A stretch of 64,000 nt of DNA. It comes from Marsupella aquatica. Taxonomy: Eukaryota > Plantae > Marchantiophyta. Location of the stretch: assembly GCA_973895155.1 (NCBI GenBank), contig OZ316891.1, positions 4,807,708 through 4,871,707 of the forward strand. Direction: 5' to 3'. This document shows positions 39,589 through 53,155 of the stretch, piece after piece. The position numbers and the translations under genes are program-made. Positions within the stretch are counted from its first letter, which is position 1. Every line of letters starts with the position of its first letter. Below the pieces are notes generated by a model. It was not told the origin of the DNA, ran no database searches, and saw only the letters and a list, made by a program, of their open reading frames with translations.

Positions 39589-42500
39589 TTGATGTTCAAC
39601 GTTCATATTACTTTCTTGAATACCCATGCATACACATAGCTAGGAAGGGTGCCCTGTATCCAGACTCCCCTATACCTGTTCTTACTCACAAGCATGGCCT
39701 AAATATGACAATTTTGTGCTAGCAAAAAAATTGTGGCATTTACCTTCACTATGTGGAGTAGGTCATGAATTGTAGACTTCAATTGGAAATTATAGTGTAG
39801 ATTCCTGTCTGGTAACCATCAGGTTCCATACTAAATAGGACTAGAGCAATCTCTTACTGATTGATTAGGCTGTTCATGTAAGCCGATATATTGCTTATGA
39901 GCTGGCATTGTTGGGTTCTGCCCGCAGGCCATGGTTATTTTTTTTGCAACAGGTGCAAATTCTTCATTGGGCTTCCTCCTGCTCTCTCTGCCTGCCCCAG
40001 GAAAAGAAGCCCTACCAAAAAAACCAATATATTGACCAAGGGTACTACTTGTTCTTGGGGGGGGGGGGGGGGGGGTCCAAGTAAGCCAAGGTTGCCACCT
40101 GGCCTACCATGATGGCCTACCATGGATTGCCACCCAAGTTTATTGACCCTTGTTGGTACCAATTATGGTTTGCCAAGCCATGCTCATAATATCTTTATGA
40201 GTGGCCTGGACAGAAGCATTTAGTCGGAATGAATTGAAGCTTCAGAAGAGATTCTAAATTCAAGATTGATATATTCCAGGAATAAAATATTGTGTTTTTC
40301 AAACCACATAAAGGTACCCTCCTAGGACATTCACTATTCTGTGTAGGGCCAAGGCTGTTGATTTTGGGGACTCTAGACATATTGTCCATCATGACTCCTA
40401 TACATTTTGCTACGAATCTTTACAAGGCCATGAAATTTGCTACTGTAGTTTGTCATACATACTCTACCACTCGTTTTAATTTAATTAATACTTTGTCATC
40501 TTTTTAGCTTGGGTTAGGATTACTTAACGGGTTCCTAGAAGCCTATGAAATTATGAGCTTATTGGGTTGTTTGTTACTGGAATGTATTTGAGCAACTCTA
40601 TAGCTGATTGTCTGAATACAAATTTATTCATGGGTGATCCACGATCTAATATTAGTATCCAACAGTGAAAGTTTGAGGACGTTGTAAAAACACGCTTATG
40701 ATTGAGCTTGCATATCATCCTCTGTCACAATACTCAGTTTACTAAGGAATGTTCATTGTATGGGGTAAGGAAATAGAGTACATGGTCTGGGGTACTAACA
40801 AAAATAGTGTGAAGAAGATTGATGCATGGAAAATAAAACTTGAATGAGCTTGGGGTGTGCTTTAATGGAAAAAGCATGCTAACAGCATGCAACTGGTTTT
40901 GAGTAGTTCACCCTGTGATAATTTGCTCCCCATCCCAGAATACTTTGGCGTCCTAAACTAAACTGATTGGTAGAGCCCAAGAATATATGCCGTCTCCAAT
41001 TAGTGTGAGCGATACTTTACAAGAACTAAGTGGTAGGAGGTTTTTCTTGTTATACATTTACTCTTAGGTCTAGGGTTACAACTGTAACCTTAATTAGAGC
41101 TAAGTTTAGTTGAGGACTTGGTTAGGTTAGTCATGTTACACACTATATTCAAAATAATGTTTGTTTGGATAGATGAAACTCAGGCTCATTGTCACGGAGC
41201 CAGTTGAGAGATAATGAGATACTGTATTGTAGAGACTTGGTATGGTTGACAGACCTAGAGTGCAATAAAGCTCTTGTGTGTTCCCATGCATGTAGCCTCA
41301 TCTGAGGTGAATCACATATCTCTTTGTGTCGACTACCTTTATATTAGATGATCAATCATGGGTTTGGCGTTGTGAATTTTGTCTTTGCTCAACATTTTTA
41401 TCTGTGTGAGCTTAAATCCGAGTCATTCAAATGGGGGAATAGGCCAGGCCACATTTCAATTCAATTGAACTTGGGGGTCAAAATTGCAGAAACCATTACT
41501 TATCCAATTTGTTTCCTTAGTGGGTCCCTTGTTTGCCTTATGTGTGCATTTTTCTTCTCAAAAAGTTAGACTTCCTCTTGAGATGGTCTTAAAAGAACGG
41601 ACCAAGGGGCCATTTTTATTCAAGGTCTTTGCATTTAGTACCTCCAGACCTGACACATTTGATCTCAGGCAATCTAACTTTAGTGTTGTTGGGGATAATT
41701 CATATCCCGAGACACCATGCACATGTGAACACCATACAAAGTAGTTGAAACAATGAGTACGTGATTCCCCTCATGACCGAGGCTATGTCCACGGGAAAGC
41801 AAGAGACCTTTACTCTCTCTTGCTGCACTCCAACAATGAACTGAAGATCCACTAGGGACTGACACCAACCCTGACTATATACACAATAACACTACCGCTA
41901 ACCTTAGCTAAATCCTAATGTGAATTAAACTAATTGCGGTTAGCTATAGAGTCACAAGACTAAGAGCAATACCTAACAAGTGTGTGCAACTGGCCCTCCG
42001 CTTGGCCCTCTACTTTGCCAGGGGCTTTGCATGGATGGAGAAAGATTGATACCCCACAATGGCGTAATTCCTGTCAGAAAAAAGGTTACCGGTGTCTAAC
42101 CTTTTCTACTAGGTGCCACCACTTCCATAACCCTGTGCCCAGAAATTCTTGCCCGATAATCTTTTTTCAGGGCAGGTATTAAGTATGATAATGACTGTTT
42201 GGGCTGGGTTCTAGTTTGAAACCTATTTCCACAAAGCTTAGGAAAACTTCCAGGTTATTGTCCTTTACTATTTCTTCACTTTCTGGTCATTGGTTGTCCT
42301 CCTTTAGTATTTCTTCACTTTCTGGTCACAGGGTTATAGACTAGTAACCCATGACAAAACCCTCATTATCCTATACATAAAGGCCCCTTGAATTGACAGG
42401 TGACTCTACACTCTCCATGGGGATTGGCAAAACAAACTCCTTAGTTCCATCTCAACTAACTCGTGGGTAGAGCCCAAAAATGTATCGTGACTCGAATCAG

Positions 42501-45500
42501 CTTGCTAAACAAACTCCACTCCTCAGGTCCATCTCGAGTTCAGGAGTTCTCGACTTGATATTAGTGACTTATGGGTAGAGCCCAAAAATGTACTTTGACT
42601 CGAAGTAGTGTGTGTAACATTTATCGAGGTGAACAGTGCAGGTGCCCGAGGAAGGTGCCCGAGGATGGAGCTAATATTTGTAAGGGACGGTCAGGAACCC
42701 AGCTCAAGAGCGATCGATGCATGCGGTGAGAATACACAAGACAGTGCTGACAGACACTCGGCGGCGCAGGTGGTACTTTCTTACGTGGGAACGGGCATCA
42801 AGCTGCCCGTTCGGAACTGGGCAGACATAGGAACCGGCGCCCAGCTGGTCGTCGAGAGTAGAGACCATCTGCGGCAGGTGGCCATCGTGTCTGGTTGGGC
42901 CCAATGTTTGAACTTCCCAGCGCTGTCGGGGGGGCTGCCCTGCCCAGGTTGTCGTTCGGCTCTGCTATGACTGTCCGGTCCGTATGGTACCTAGTAAAAT
43001 TTTAAACGTAGACAAGGATTGCGGGTACCTGCCCGTAGGCTTTTGTTCAGAACTGAAAGATTCCAAGATCTTTTACCAGTCAGCAGCTGGTCGCGTCGTC
43101 CTCGGAAGGGGTACGGTCATCGGGCTGGACGTACGTACCAGCGGAGTACAAGCTAGAGCCGGGCAGGCTCATGATTGGTTATAAAGTAAAGTAATTAAAG
43201 CTCTACGGTAGTCTTTTGAACTTTTTCCCCACTCCCGGATGCCAGTTTGGAGAAGCGCTACTACTACTAGATTCACCTTGGTATGAACAGGCTTGACATA
43301 GGACATGGTATGGTGCTGGGTTGTGATGTGCATTTACCAGGACGGTTTCATAATGCTCCCTATCACTTGCTAATACACTCAACTGCAAAGGGTCTCTTAG
43401 GCATTAATTTTACAAACAAACTTTCTTTTTAATATTTAAGGGGAAATATGTGAAACCCCATAGAATTGGAAGAATAGGCCACAATAGTTGGGAAGAGTCA
43501 ATTATAATAGTTGAACTCAAGACCCATTAGTCTCTACTCAAGTGAGCTGCCACAAAGTCATGTCTCTTTGGGCCAACAAACTTAGCCCACTCGTAGCAAT
43601 TTTCATTGCAAGGTCAAGTTTAGAGTTGGAGTTGGATTAGTCAATGAACACACATGACATATTTCATAGGTGGGTTTTATGTGCAGTTACCACTAAGGTT
43701 TCGTATTGCTCCCTCGCATTTGGGAATACACCCAAATGCAAAGGTTTCCTAGGCATTAATTACACTAAAAACCCTAGCTCATTGGTAGCAGTTTTCATTG
43801 CAAGGTCAAGTTTCAAGTTTGTTAGCAATGGTTTAATGTTTTGCACAAACCCCCATCCCCAAATTCAGGCTCACCAGAACACTTCACAAGGAACCTGACC
43901 CTTTGAAAAATTGGACATGATTCTCTCAACCGCTATCAATAGGAAACAGGCAGGGTTAACATTTACCAGTGGAACCCAAAAGGTCCTCATCAATAGGGCA
44001 TGTCAAATCTCGTTTACCCAATTTCTTTGGTCAGTAATTGCATGGAAGTCTTATCCCTTAAGCTTAAACATTCAAGCTAGCTTCACCTGTTTCACTTTGA
44101 GATAGGTCACAACTCCTGCTTGTAGATAAACTCCACACCATTGAATCTTCTCATTATCTTAAGGGTATGGGTGCGATTGCACTTGCAGAGACCATCTCAA
44201 AATTTATCAACCCAAAACCACTGACCCCAATTTTCTCAGACAATACTATTCACAAAGAATGTTTTATTAAATTGTATTTTTTCATGTATTTTTTCTTTAT
44301 ATTCCTATGGATGATTATGAACCATCACCTCCCTGCAAATCTGGCCCAGCGTTGATGAGAGTTTGGCTCACTCATCTTTGTCCATGTGGAGGGGTATCCA
44401 ACTTCAGGCTCGCCACCTCTGGTTCACCGCCCTCAATATTAATATTATATCCCATAATCCCCTGGGTAGGTTGCCCTACACTTATTGGTCATATTGATTT
44501 TGCTCACTTTTTTGAACATTAGGTGATAATAGCCCCTAAAAACTTCGAGCTCAAGTCCCGGGTTTAAGGGCATTAGATCCCACACTACGCTCCAAAGTAC
44601 GAATAAGACATTGCTATAATGCTATGTACATTTGTTGTACCCTCATTTGAATTACGCGTACGCTTGGCATTTGAAACGATTAGCGTGAGCTGCCATTCGC
44701 GTGGTCCTCACACAGGGGTATGTATGGTCACCCGGCATTAAGTCCGTACCAGCGGACCGGCCCTTGTCAAACTTCGTGCAAGCGCTCCGGTAGCGCGGGC
44801 AGCCTCGTCTTAGAATTCTTAGAATAATAAATAAATAAGAAGAATAGAATATAAGGGTTACGATAGTCCTTTGAACTTCCCTCCAGAACCGGCAGCCCGC
44901 GTTTCCCGACGCCGGCGAAGTGGCAGCGTCTCTGACATACGGGTAGGCAAACGCGTGCGTGTTTACGGTGTGGTGCTTACGTACTCCAGAGCACGGTACC
45001 GCTAAAACTTTGGAGCTAAAACTTTGGAAGCGAGTATGAGAAAATGCTGTGTGGAATGTTTAGGACTTTAGGGTGCCCGTAGCTGTCTCCAGCATTGGGT
45101 GTTGCCCCGCCCTCCACCGACCAGGGGCACCCCCAATTAGGAGGGCCCAGACACTACTTGACGCCGCCTCTAATCCCCCGCCTTTTCGTTTCCCCCCGCC
45201 CTGCCCGGAACGCGTTTCCCAAGTGAACTCCAATTTTAGTGTATAGTATGTGTTGTTTAGATTGTGGGATCTAAGAGGGCGTCTCAAATTTGAAGTGCCA
45301 CCTACAGTAGAGATCCCCAACCCCCAATTCAGTGCGGATGTGGGTCTAGAGTGATAGACAAGCTTTTGCAAGTCTGTCACTTTACTTCCGGGAAAGTGCC
45401 ACCCGAACCAAAACCTACTGTAGAGCTAATAGAGGTCTCAAACCTCAAATTGACTGGCGCACACGTTTCCAGATTGAACCCCAATGTTGTTAATCGTATA

Positions 45501-45555
45501 GTGATATCTTGTTTAGATGGTGGAAAATGATAGAACTCTCAAACGTAATAATTCA

Positions 45556-45725
45556 GTAGACAGAAAAAGTAATAGACAACCAAACTCATGATCCATGAAT
45601 TTTTGTTATGAACATTGGTCACACTCTCAAACCTAGTTTTTTTTGGACCTTAATATAGTAGACAGAAAAAATAATAGACTACCAAATTCATGATCCATAA
45701 ATTTTTGTTATAAACATTGGTCACA
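45556..45725. repeat. Direct repeat, about 69 bp, about 101-bp period
   Basis: AGTAGACAGAAAAA.TAATAGAC...AACATTGGTCACA occurs twice. Confidence 0.88.
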
Positions 45726-47760
45726 TGCCATGACCACAGGTTACTATATTTGTAGAGAAATTTTTTGTGAAAAAGCTATGGCCAAAAGTCATCATCCTTA
45801 TCTGTGAAGCTTTGAGATGCCCTAATGCCCACAAGAAATGAGAGTTCAGGCTCAAGTTTTGAGGCGCTATTATTGTTAGCATTGCTAGTAAAGCAGGACC
45901 TTAATAGTCTGAAAGGTCTAACAAAAAAACAGTGGAAGTATTGTAAATTCAAACATCTTTAGTGGTAATGTACTTAAAAGTTTAGAAAGCACAAAAAAAT
46001 GCAAAGAGGAAAATAAGGAAGGGCATAAAGTACTGAGAAATGTTTTGTGTGTAGGGCATTGTGGGATATAATCCCCCCAAATAACCAGGGTTTGAGGGGC
46101 TATTATTACCCGTAATTGTGGGAACAGTACTTTAATACACTTAATTACCTGATAGATTTTTAAAACTACTTTAGTAACGGTCGAAAATAATCTTTCTCGA
46201 GAGGTGATCCAAAGCTTGACGGGGCATTATTCTTCAATAATGCACTCAAAAAATACTAAAAGGCACTAAGTTTCTTAAATGACAAAACTTTACTTTGCTT
46301 GTAAAATAGTGAATCTTGAGATTAGTAGTGACCTAGCAGAGTGTAAGGTAAGAGAGACTGGGGGATTAACATGATATAAATCTTGACTGATGTACTGGTT
46401 GTTGTACTAATCTAAACATTATAATGTGTGTGAACCCAAGGACCTTTGCAGCTTCCAATTCAAAGTGCTGACAGGACCTAATCAATAATGGGTGTGGATA
46501 AGAGCAGACTGTTACAATTTAAGCTACAATAGGCCCTGGCCATCTCCCTTAAACCACACATGCCCATATGAAAGTGGTCATTCTTGTCTAGTGGTGGGCA
46601 GTATGCTCACTATCAACAGGTTGGGAGTGGTCACCTTTTGTGGTGAGTGCTCCACCATTTATCTGAGCATACTGTTCCTACTAAAACTGAACCTGTGCAA
46701 TGTATAATGAACGCTACGGGTAGCCCGTAGCTCCCCGTAGCTCTTTATAGGTGCAGTTGTGTTTAAGCTTGACACAAGCTTTGGTCAAGAGAATATGCAT
46801 ATATATACCTATATTTGATATTTCTAAAAGTTTATTGTAGTGGATTGCCCAGAGTACAAGGCGGGTTATGGTTAGACAAAGAGAATTACAGGTCATTACT
46901 ACCCAAAAAGCGATAAATTATCCAACACAACCCAATGAGTTAATATTGAAAATCTATGTTTGGGAGGAGCATTGTGCTGATCCACACCAGTAATGCAAAG
47001 TCAAGATTCAAAACCCATCGCAGTAAAACAACAACAAATTTTGCTCTACACCCCCACAATGACATACATTTTTCAATGCCCAAGAGACTGCACTCAATTA
47101 TGGGGCTTTTTTATTACTAGATAGATCTTAATGTTGAAATTTATCATAGTGAAAAGGCTTGCAGGCACCCAGGTTGAGTCTTGCCCCAAGAGCAAACCCC
47201 CAACCCCCTTGTAAGAAAGCAACATATACATTCAAATTTGTGCACAACCATTTGCAGCCATGGCCGGGATGGGAGTGCTCAGGTCCAATCTTGGGCATCC
47301 AGGCAGGATAAATGGTAGTCGGTTGAAGGGCCCCACCATGCCCGCTTGTTGTGTGTAGGCATGTCGGGGCAGACTGGGAAAATGGCTTCCATGTTTGTGA
47401 TACACGAGAACAATGGGAGGCCATATTTGGCTATGACAAGCCAAGCCCGCCATGACCCCTCCCAACCTCTCTGTTTGGCAGACTGGTGGGCTCTTACACA
47501 CTTGCTTTTCTGCAGTTTTGGATATAATTTTTTGGATCTCTTGCCCATCAATGTCTTCTTTTGGACTATGGCCTTTCTAGAGGGCGTTACACTGAGGATC
47601 TCATTGGATAGGACCCTCATTTTGAATTTTGCCTTTCTTCAGGGCGTTACATGGTTCCCCTTTAGTTTTGATCCAAGTTCCTTTTTATAAAACCTTTTGC
47701 CCCACTATGTGTCAACAAGGGATTATTTCTCCTTTTTTAAGGAGAAAAGGAAAATGCCAA

Positions 47761-48083
47761 CCAACTGGCTTTGGTCAGTTGGCCAGAGGATGAGCCTAGA
47801 ACCGAGAGGTCCCAGGTTCAATCCTCCCTCCACACGTGTGGAGTGTACGTGTGTGTGTGTGTGTGGGTGGGGTGTAGTGGTGGGAGTGTTGATTATCCCC
47901 TCAGCCCCTAGATGCCCGCTTTGGGGTTCTGGTTTAATCCTCTCTCCCTCCTGGTCTGGGTCCCTGTCGGATCCCTGGGTATTGGCCCTTTGTGGCTACC
48001 CTACATAGAAATGAATACTCCAGAGTAGGATGTCTATCCTCTGTTGGATGGGCCTGCTTTAGGTTTTCAAGGCAAGAAACAGG
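47761..48083 (+). mobile_element. tRNA-derived SINE with a 15-bp target site duplication
   Basis: A box TGGTCAGTTGG (47772-47782), B box GGTTCAATCC (47815-47824), internal (GT)n. Flanked by identical AAAGGAAAATGCCAA at 47746-47760 and 48084-48098. Confidence 0.75.
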
Positions 48084-51000
48084 AAAGGAAAATGCCAATT
48101 TACTAAAAAGGACCAACCAAAGAAACTGAATAATTGAAAAGCAAAAGAGTCCATGAGTGGATAAACAACAAAAGAAGAGGGCTAATGCAAACGCCCAAAA
48201 CGTACAAAGAGTAAAAACTAGGAGGTAAATATCTACCACTAGGATAGTGTGATGAACTTGGGGGTTTCACTTCCACAAAAATGACACATCACGTGCGACA
48301 AATGATAGGGTTGTTTGATTAGTTCGAAGGGAAGACTTAAAATGTTTTGCAGAAGAACAATAGGGTCTCTTAAATTCAATTTTGAAACTTATAAGAGCAT
48401 AATGGTTTTTCTAACAATTTGGGAATATTCCAAGAATATTCCAAATTTATAGGGGTTGAAAAATAATTGTTTTCTTCCATTTTAGGGGGTCCGAGGCCTA
48501 AAAACGTCCCAGGGGATGGGGAAGCATCCATATAGTGAGACCCCCGAGGTGATGAACTGAATGGTCCACATCTAATGTAGTAAGTAAGTCTTCAAGTGGG
48601 ACATGGATATACTCTAAGGGGGCAAGCCACTTCACTTTGACTCTTGTTTTGGGTTCCCTTTCATCTTCCCCCCAAAAGGGAAAGAAAACTAAAGTGACAA
48701 AGTAAAAGACAAGGGATGATTTCATTCACTAAGGGATTTCCTCTCTTATGTTCCCAGTTTTGCAAAAGAGCAGTATGTATATGTGCACTTTGGCTGTTAA
48801 TTGCAATATCTTGGCCCGGGGTCCTCACTTCTTTCTTCCAACCCATCACCCATGAATAAGTATAGGGTTTTATTATTGGGTTTAGCGAAAGACTTTTAAT
48901 TTTTGTTGAATACATTAGGGTTATTTTAATCTAGTTTTGAGTATTATAAGAATCATAAGGTTTTTAAAACCAAATTTGGGAATATTCCATTAAGTTAGGA
49001 GTAAAAAAATTATTCAAAAAAACTTTATTGACTTAAGTTTTAGGGTGTTTATTCCTGTGCGTGATATGGGACACCCCTTGGATTGAGGCCCCTGAGTATC
49101 TTGGGCTTGCATCAGGATCCAAACTAGGATGTTGGGACCCAATAATCATGGGCTTGCATCACAATCTTGGAATATAATATCTTGGGCTCGCATCTGAATA
49201 TCAGGATCCAAATGTAACAACTGAAAAGGGATATAACAATGGGTAAATAATGTAGAGGGTCTGTTTACAAATAAGTTCAATTAGCTTACATATAGTGAGG
49301 GCCCAGGGACCAGGAAAACTTTAGAGGCCCCTGAAAACTCATTGTCTCAACCACCAACTTTGCCCCTTTCTTGCGAATGGCAAAACAATGTGTTCTCCTG
49401 GCCTGCCAGAATCCATGTAATTATGATAGTTGGCAAGCTACATGTTTGCATCTTAGTGCCATGAACACTTGAGTAGGAGTATGACAAATACACTGACAAA
49501 TACACAAACTGGGGCAAAGTGAGTACTCTCCTGGAATAGTCCATGGCCTGGCCCATGGGCTAGCGACCTTTCAATTGGGCTGTAAGTGGGATGCTGAATT
49601 ATCAATGGTCAAAAGTTTGACTCCGGAGCATTCCTTGGAAACTCATATATTGTTACCAAATTGGGCCACTCTTCAATGCTGCCCCTTATCGTGAGCTGTC
49701 ATGCATAGAAGGTGAAGACATGAGGGTGTATATCTTCAAATTTTAAAAGCTGACTATCATGCACAGATCCAAATAAGGGCAGAGTTTTCTCCATATCAGT
49801 TGGCTCAGCAAGCATTAGTCCAGCATTAGCAATCTTCATTGTGGCAAGTGAGGTTCCAAGCTCAACCTTCATCAACAAACCAACTTTTGCACCAACCCCC
49901 ATCTCAAAATGGAGTTCACCACAGACCTTTGCAGAGAAAAACTGATCAATGCGAACAACTGGAAGTCCATTTTTTTATCACCTAAAATAGATTTAAGTAG
50001 GTAGCAACATCAACAAGTGGAACTGAAGGGGTTGAGACAAATGAGCTTCTCAGGAGACTGCATCAATTAGTGTAGCCCTGGGTTTGTAATCAATGAGTTT
50101 CTCAGTGACAATGGGGTTCAGCAGAGCACTTTACACACAAAAGACTTGGAGGTCTCTAACTTTTGAAACCTGCAGACAACATCTTAGCTTGGAAACCAAG
50201 GGGTTGTAATGACTAAGTTAGTTCCTTAGTGGAAACCAACTGAAGGGGTTGTAATAAGTTAGTTCCTTAGGGGACCACATCTATTGGGGTGAGCTAGGGT
50301 GTTTTAATAAATGAATTTCTCATCAATAGTGTAGTTCACCAAAGCACTTTGCACATGAACTACTTGACACTCGAAAATGGAGTACCTCTGTATCACCCAA
50401 ATTGAAAGAGCAAAACAAGACAACGTCTAAGTGGAACCCTCCACTGTAGGTGGAACCTGAAGGGTTGTAAGAAATAGAGTCCCGAGGAGACAGCATAAGA
50501 GTGGGACCCAAGGCCTTTCGATAAATAAGTTTCTTAGGAAAGGGGACGTGAGTTAAAGCTCTGGGGGGGGCTTGTGTGATCTTTTTGGGGAAATAATGGT
50601 GTTGGGATCGAAAACTTTACATTTCCCCCCTTTCCAACTTTCATGAACTGCCTCCGGCAATCATTTTCCATTTTGCCCCCCCCCCCCCACCCTTGCCCGT
50701 GGGCAGGTCTTCCTCGTATCCTCCATGGCGAGCAAAATGGTCACATCGTACGGAATACAAACGGCTGTGAGGGGTAGCCACGTTCTGCTCATTTAGTCGC
50801 CCAAATTGGTTGTCGACACGTGGTCATGCTCCACCCCCCACCCTTCCCCTCCCTTCCCCACCCCCACCCCTTCGAAAAGTTTCGTTTCAGGCCCTGCCCG
50901 ACCCTGCCCTGACGTGCCCGCCCGCTGCCCGTCGTCGTTCCCCTCTGATCTCCCGGATGAGCATAAATACATCCCCTCGTGTCGATCAGAATTATCCCAA

Positions 51001-51444
51001 GCAATTCTTCTCTCACTCTCTCTCTACGCGCTCTCCCTTCGCATTCTTCTCGGTCTCACTGCTGTTCACTATAGCGATTGTTGTTGTTTCGACGATTCTC
51101 TCTTGTTCGATCTGTTACTTACCTCACACTGTCCAATTCGTCCAGTCTCGGTTTTCCTTTGGGGTTTGGAGAATCTCTTAGCTTGGTGATTCCAAACCGT
51201 TTTGCCTTCCTCTGTCTTCTGTGTGAAAAGTGTACAACTGTGCTGTGATCTCGAAGCTGTGTTACGCGCTGCTACTCCTGCGAAGTGATCGAGCGATTGG
51301 TGTTGTTGTTGTAAACTCTACGACGACGACGACGATTTTTCTGGTCCGAACGTTGTTTGATAGTACGAAGGCTGTTCGGTGCTCAATTCCGAGTCGTTTG
51401 TTCCAGATCATCGGAGTTCCAGGGTTTTCAGATCTTTAACGAAA

Positions 51445-53155
51445 ATGATGACATCAAATGAAGTAAGTTCTCGAGTCTTCTCATATCTTCCTTTTCTTCT
51501 CTCCTCCTGTCTCTCACGCGCTGTGAATTGCGGATCTGCGGGCTGCAGAAGTCTCAATCCATCTCCTCTCTTCTCCTCTGTCATTACCTTCGTAGGTGTG
51601 AATTTGGGATAGTCCAATGAGAAATGGCGATATCGAAACTTTGACAAGTATCAAAAGCTGGGTCCCGTCTTTCCTCGAGCAACCCACACTCTAGTTCTCG
51701 CAAGCTGGATCATCCTTACATTTCTTCAGTGTCCCTCCTTCAACCCGGTCCCCAAGTTTAGGTTGCCTGTGGTGACAATGTCCATTTTTGGACAGAGGCG
51801 TTTGCCCACAACCGGCGGGTATGTTATAAGAAACTGAATACGGGTCTTGTAATGAGCCGTTCAGCTTCATCACTCACCGTTTCCCAGGTTTTGGGCCTCG
51901 GGATTCTCAGATGGCTCTCAAAATTTACTTCATTCTGTGAACAGAGTTTGATTCTCTAGAACATAGTACCAAGTTCGATATTCTTTGTGAACAGAGTATG
52001 CACTAGTTCGACGCCCGTGGTGAACTTGTCTCCAGAAATCTATGTCGAAGGCTTCAATTGTGAAGCATGTCGGCCACCCCAATTACATGTAGTCATACTA
52101 CTACTAATTTAGACCACATTATAATCTAATCCTTGTGCCTAAAGCTACACCTGTTGTTCATTCTAGTTCGTTACACATTGGCAGTTGATTTTCTTGGTCC
52201 AATCTTCGAATTATGTTTGGTTGCACGGACTGATTTCCTCTCTCTTGGAATTGCAGCTCTTCTACGGTGATTCTGAACCTATCTGGGTGGTAGATTCTTC
52301 GCCTTACCCACGAAGGTCTTCATCTTACTACAGTGGTCGTCCGGCATCTGCGGGTTACTATCGAGGATCATCTTATGGCCGCAGTGGCTCGGATTACTAC
52401 ACTGGCGATCGTTACTCAGACATTGACGGCTACCGCGGTAGCGAGTACTACCGTTCACGCCCTGAATACTACGCGAATCCTTACTATTCGGGTTCACCAA
52501 CTTCCGTCTATGGCGATACTTACGATGAGACGTACTATGACTCCAAGCCATACGAATACTACGATTACCGGAAACCTTCGGTAAGTGCTCGTTCAGCATC
52601 CACCCATTCGTTTGTGCTCTTCAAATATTAAAGTGGCACGGACATTCTGTGTCCTGGGTGGGGGCCTCTGTGAAGTGGACGGTTTGGTAGCAGACAGACA
52701 TGTTTAGTTGTGGTTCCTTCTGCGATGTGGACGGTTACAATCACAGCCTAATAGTTGATTCTGGAAGAGGTGTTTGGTGTTGGTGGGCAGTAGAGTGTTA
52801 AAGTTTGTCCTCGGTGGGGGCTGAACTGATCAGTTCGCTGGTCCTTTGGTGGGTTGGGAGTGATGAGACGCTGTTGAACGTGCATTTTTGTGAAGTGAAA
52901 TGGACGGCGTAAGACTTAACGTCTCTCCCTTGTGTTGTGCAGACCCTTGTGTTGAAGGTTCCTATCTGTTGCGAGGCTTGCTCCGAGGCGGCACGTAACG
53001 CTCTGTTTGAATTGAGAGGTGTACAGGGCGTGTACTGTGACGTAAGGAGGGAAAGAGTCACGGTTACCGGTACTGCTGCTCCTGCAGATGTTCTGGCGGT
53101 TCTCAGGAAGCTCCACAAGAGGACTCGAATCTGGGGTGATGAAGATTATTACTAA
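51445..53155 (+). CDS. HMA domain protein, about 184 aa, Tyr/Ser/Gly-rich N-terminal region, no CaaX
   Basis: Exons 51445-51462 (MMTSNE|GTAAGT), 52257-52580 (Tyr-rich) and 52943-53155 (TLVLKVPICCEACSEAARNAL...RVTVTG...VLAVLRK). Both introns are phase 0, GT-AG. Confidence 0.9.

Noticed and set aside
47767-47832. tRNA gene
   Set aside because: A and B boxes are present, but there is no convincing acceptor stem or poly-T terminator, and the sequence lies inside a TSD-flanked element.
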